From an uncultured Opitutales bacterium (lineage in GTDB: Bacteria; Verrucomicrobiota; Verrucomicrobiia; Opitutales; Intestinicryptomonadaceae): a stretch of 32,000 bases of DNA. Position 1 is the first letter of the stretch; the number at the start of each line of letters is the position of its first letter. The stretch is taken from positions 150,001-182,000 of the forward strand of contig CAKTSY010000005.1 in assembly GCA_934613415.1 (NCBI GenBank). Reading direction: 5' to 3'. Made by a program: the position numbers and the translations under genes. Under the pieces are notes generated by a model, which did no database searches, was not told the origin of the DNA, and was given only the letters and a program-made list of their open reading frames with translations. This document shows, piece after piece, positions 29,373 to 32,000 of the stretch.

Positions 29373-31940
29373 ATGCCCAAGGAAAAACTCACCCCCATGA
29401 TGGAACAATATTGGGATTTTAAAAAATCCCTCAACAAAGACACTTTGTTGCTGTTCAGATTGGGCGATTTCTACGAAATGTTTTTCGACGACGCCGTATG
29501 CGGCTCGAAAATTTTGGGCATTACCCTTACAAAAAGGCAAAGCAGCCCCATGGCTGGCATTCCCTACCACGCTTTGCAACAATATTTGCCAAAGCTTTTA
29601 GAGAAGGGCAAAAAAGTTGCCATTTGCGAGCAGGACGAAAAACCCGTGGCGGGCAAGCTTGTAAAACGTTCGATTAGCCGAATTTTAACCCCCGGCACCT
29701 CCATAGACGACTATCAACTTTCGGCAAAGCAGCGCAACTATATGTATGCGGTAGATATAGATGTTAAAAAACGCCGCCTTTTCGCCTCGTGGATAGACGT
29801 AAGCACGGGCGAGTTTTTAACCGCCCAATTCGAAAATCCCGAAGACTTTATACCCGTGTTTTCGGCAAATTCGCCGAAGGAAATACTTTTGCCCGAAGTT
29901 AGGTCTAAGGAATGGAAAAGCAACCCCTCGCTTTCGGGCTGGCTTTGCATTTTCAGAGCCGTTGCCGACCTATGCCCCATTACCCTTTTGCCCGACTATG
30001 TTTTCGACCGCGAATACGGTTTCGAGCAAACTACAAGGGCGCTTTCCAGAATCTCGCTAGACGGCTTCGGCATAAAGAGGGAATTTGAGCCATTGGGAAC
30101 GGCTGGAGCTTTGATATTTTATTCTGCCGAAACTTTAAGACACAGCCCCGTAAATTTGCGCTCGATAAAAAAATATGATTCGGGCAAATATATGTCGATA
30201 GACGCCGCCACCCAGCGCAATTTGGAGCTTTTTAAGACTGTTTCCGGCTCGCGAAACGGCTCGGTTTTAAGCCTTATAGACTATACCCAGTCGGCGGCGG
30301 GCGGCAGGTTGCTGGAATCTTATTTGGCGTCGCCGCTAATGGATTTAGACGAAATACGCCTAAGGGGGCAAACGGCAAAAGAGTTGTTCGACTCGCCAGC
30401 CATCTGCGAAAAGCTGTTAAAAAGCTTAGGGCAGGTAAAAGATTTGCCGAGAATTTTAGGCAGGCTTAAAAATGGCGTAAAAAACCCGCGCGAGCTTGGG
30501 GCGGTTGCCTCTACGTTAGACGAAATAGAGCCGATTAAAGAGCTTTTAAAATCGGTAGACGGCACTTTGTGCAAAGCTTTGGCGGAAAATATAGGAACAT
30601 TTGCCGAATTAAAGGAACGCCTTAAAAACGCCCTTAACGACGAACTGCCCATAAAGATAGCCGAAGGCGGCGTTATACGAAGCGGCTTTAACCAAGAGCT
30701 AGACGACACGCGCAACCTAAGCGTAAATTCAAAAAAATGGCTGTCCGACTTCGAGGCAAACGAACAGGCGCAAACTGGCATTAAAAATTTGCGCGTAAAG
30801 CACACGGCCCCATTCGGGTTTTCCATAGAGGTAACAAAATCGTTTTTGCATTTGGTGCCCGCCCACTACATAAGAAGGCAAACCCTTGTAAACGCCGAAA
30901 GGTTTACAACCGACGAGCTCCGCAAAAAGGAAACCGAAATTTTAAATTCCGAAGAAAAGGCATTGCAGCTCGAGCAAAAGATTTTCGACGAACTTGTAGA
31001 CTATGTTCTTGAAAGTTTCGACCCCCTTATAGACACCGCCGAAACCCTTGCAAAGGTAGACGTATTTTGCTCGTATGCCAAGCTTGCGCTAGATTGGGAC
31101 TATTGCCTGCCCAAAGTAGACAATTCCGACACGCTAGACATTGTTCAGGGCAGACACGTTGTGATAGAACAAATGCTTGCCAACGGCAAAACGGGGCTTT
31201 CCGACAAGTTTGTTCCGAACGATACTTTCCTGTCTTCAAGCGGCGAGCAAATTGCGCTTATAACGGGGCCGAATATGGCGGGCAAATCAACCTACATAAG
31301 GCAGACGGCGCTTATTGCAATTTTGGCGCAAATGGGTTGTTTTGTTCCAGCAAAAGAGTGCACAATGGGGCTAATCGACAAAGTGTTTAGCCGAGTTGGA
31401 GCTTCCGACGAGCTTTCGCGCGGCAACTCGACATTTATGGTCGAGATGAACGAAACGGCAAATATTTTAAACAACGCAACAAATAAGTCGCTTATTATAT
31501 TAGACGAAATAGGCAGGGGAACAAGCACCTACGACGGCCTTAGCATTGCCTGGGCAATAGTAGAATATCTGCACGGCGACGAAAAGTCGGGCCCAAAAAC
31601 TTTGTTTGCAACCCACTACCACGAGCTTACAAAGCTTGAAGGCCTTTTAAACAGGCTTGTAAACTACAAAGTTTGCGTAAGGGAATATAACGACGAAATC
31701 ATATTTGTAAGAACCATAGAGCGCGGCCAGGCCGACAAGTCTTACGGCATACAGGTGGCAAAGCTGGCGGGGCTACCCAACGAAGTTATAGAAAGGGCAA
31801 AAAGCGTGCTTAGCGAGATAGAAAACGAGGGCAACATTGTCGTTTGCAGGCTAGACTCGGCAAAGGGTGCAACACCCAAGCCGCGCCGCGAGCGCAAAAA
31901 AGACGCCCAAGGGGGAGCTACCCAGCTGTTTTTCCTTTAA
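29373..31940 (+). CDS. mutS: DNA mismatch repair protein MutS
   Basis: 855 aa. Motifs: TPMMEQYWDFK, mismatch-binding GDFYEMF, Walker A GPNMAGKST, LIILDEIGRGTSTYDG, ATHYHELT. Confidence 0.97.
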   Translation: MPKEKLTPMMEQYWDFKKSLNKDTLLLFRLGDFYEMFFDDAVCGSKILGITLTKRQSSPMAGIPYHALQQYLPKLLEKGKKVAICEQDEKPVAGKLVKRSISRILTPGTSIDDYQLSAKQRNYMYAVDIDVKKRRLFASWIDVSTGEFLTAQFENPEDFIPVFSANSPKEILLPEVRSKEWKSNPSLSGWLCIFRAVADLCPITLLPDYVFDREYGFEQTTRALSRISLDGFGIKREFEPLGTAGALIFYSAETLRHSPVNLRSIKKYDSGKYMSIDAATQRNLELFKTVSGSRNGSVLSLIDYTQSAAGGRLLESYLASPLMDLDEIRLRGQTAKELFDSPAICEKLLKSLGQVKDLPRILGRLKNGVKNPRELGAVASTLDEIEPIKELLKSVDGTLCKALAENIGTFAELKERLKNALNDELPIKIAEGGVIRSGFNQELDDTRNLSVNSKKWLSDFEANEQAQTGIKNLRVKHTAPFGFSIEVTKSFLHLVPAHYIRRQTLVNAERFTTDELRKKETEILNSEEKALQLEQKIFDELVDYVLESFDPLIDTAETLAKVDVFCSYAKLALDWDYCLPKVDNSDTLDIVQGRHVVIEQMLANGKTGLSDKFVPNDTFLSSSGEQIALITGPNMAGKSTYIRQTALIAILAQMGCFVPAKECTMGLIDKVFSRVGASDELSRGNSTFMVEMNETANILNNATNKSLIILDEIGRGTSTYDGLSIAWAIVEYLHGDEKSGPKTLFATHYHELTKLEGLLNRLVNYKVCVREYNDEIIFVRTIERGQADKSYGIQVAKLAGLPNEVIERAKSVLSEIENEGNIVVCRLDSAKGATPKPRRERKKDAQGGATQLFFL

Positions 31941-32000
31941 AATTTGTGGATATTTTTGCTTTAAAGCGGCATATATAAAAAGGCTTTAACCCGAAAATGC

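Noticed and set aside
31941-32000. Possible terminator after mutS (ttaaagc ... gctttaa, and the palindrome gctttaaagc)
   Set aside because: The stem is AT-rich and 7 bp with a 15-nt loop and no following T-run, and the window ends here. This is insufficient support.
1-32000. Search for CRISPR arrays, mobile elements, prophage or defence islands, and rRNA/tRNA genes
   Set aside because: I saw no repeat-spacer periodicity, no transposase, integrase or recombinase-like ORF, no terminal inverted repeats flanking a gene block, and no compositional break. Every intergenic gap is under 220 nt and is accounted for by promoters or terminators.

Overview
This window looks like core chromosome of a diderm (Gram-negative-type) bacterium with moderate GC by eye. 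I found 23 coding genes and no rRNA, tRNA, CRISPR array, transposase, integrase or recognisable defence gene. In order: pyrD (5' truncated), efp, argA-like, a small membrane ORF, then a tightly coupled secretin / unknown secreted ORF / GspE-type ATPase / GspF-type platform operon (3013-8854). On the minus strand follow a membrane-anchored FGE-sulfatase-like repeat protein, ftsK and recN. Next on the plus strand is a three-gene chemosensory operon (Cache-HAMP MCP, CheW, CheA-REC hybrid; 15327-20103). The minus-strand block is guaB, skp, bamA, dnaB, rplI, ssb, rpsF, pth and rplY(ctc), followed by mutS on the plus strand. Five hairpins mark operon ends. None of the following is proven novel from sequence alone. 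The most unusual content is: (1) the pilin-less secretin operon, with a Q/P/Y-rich secretin N-terminus and an unrecognised secreted protein ending in a pure Q/N/R/S/G basic tail; (2) the orphan chemosensory module without CheR/CheB/CheY, with a divergent MCP hairpin tip and a CheW lacking the conserved Arg; (3) the FGE-like protein with a 67-residue periodic helical repeat and no catalytic cysteines; (4) an Arg32-type EF-P without an adjacent EarP; (5) near-total absence of Shine-Dalgarno motifs, even before ribosomal protein genes. All family calls rest on motifs read by eye from the translations, and no database search was possible.
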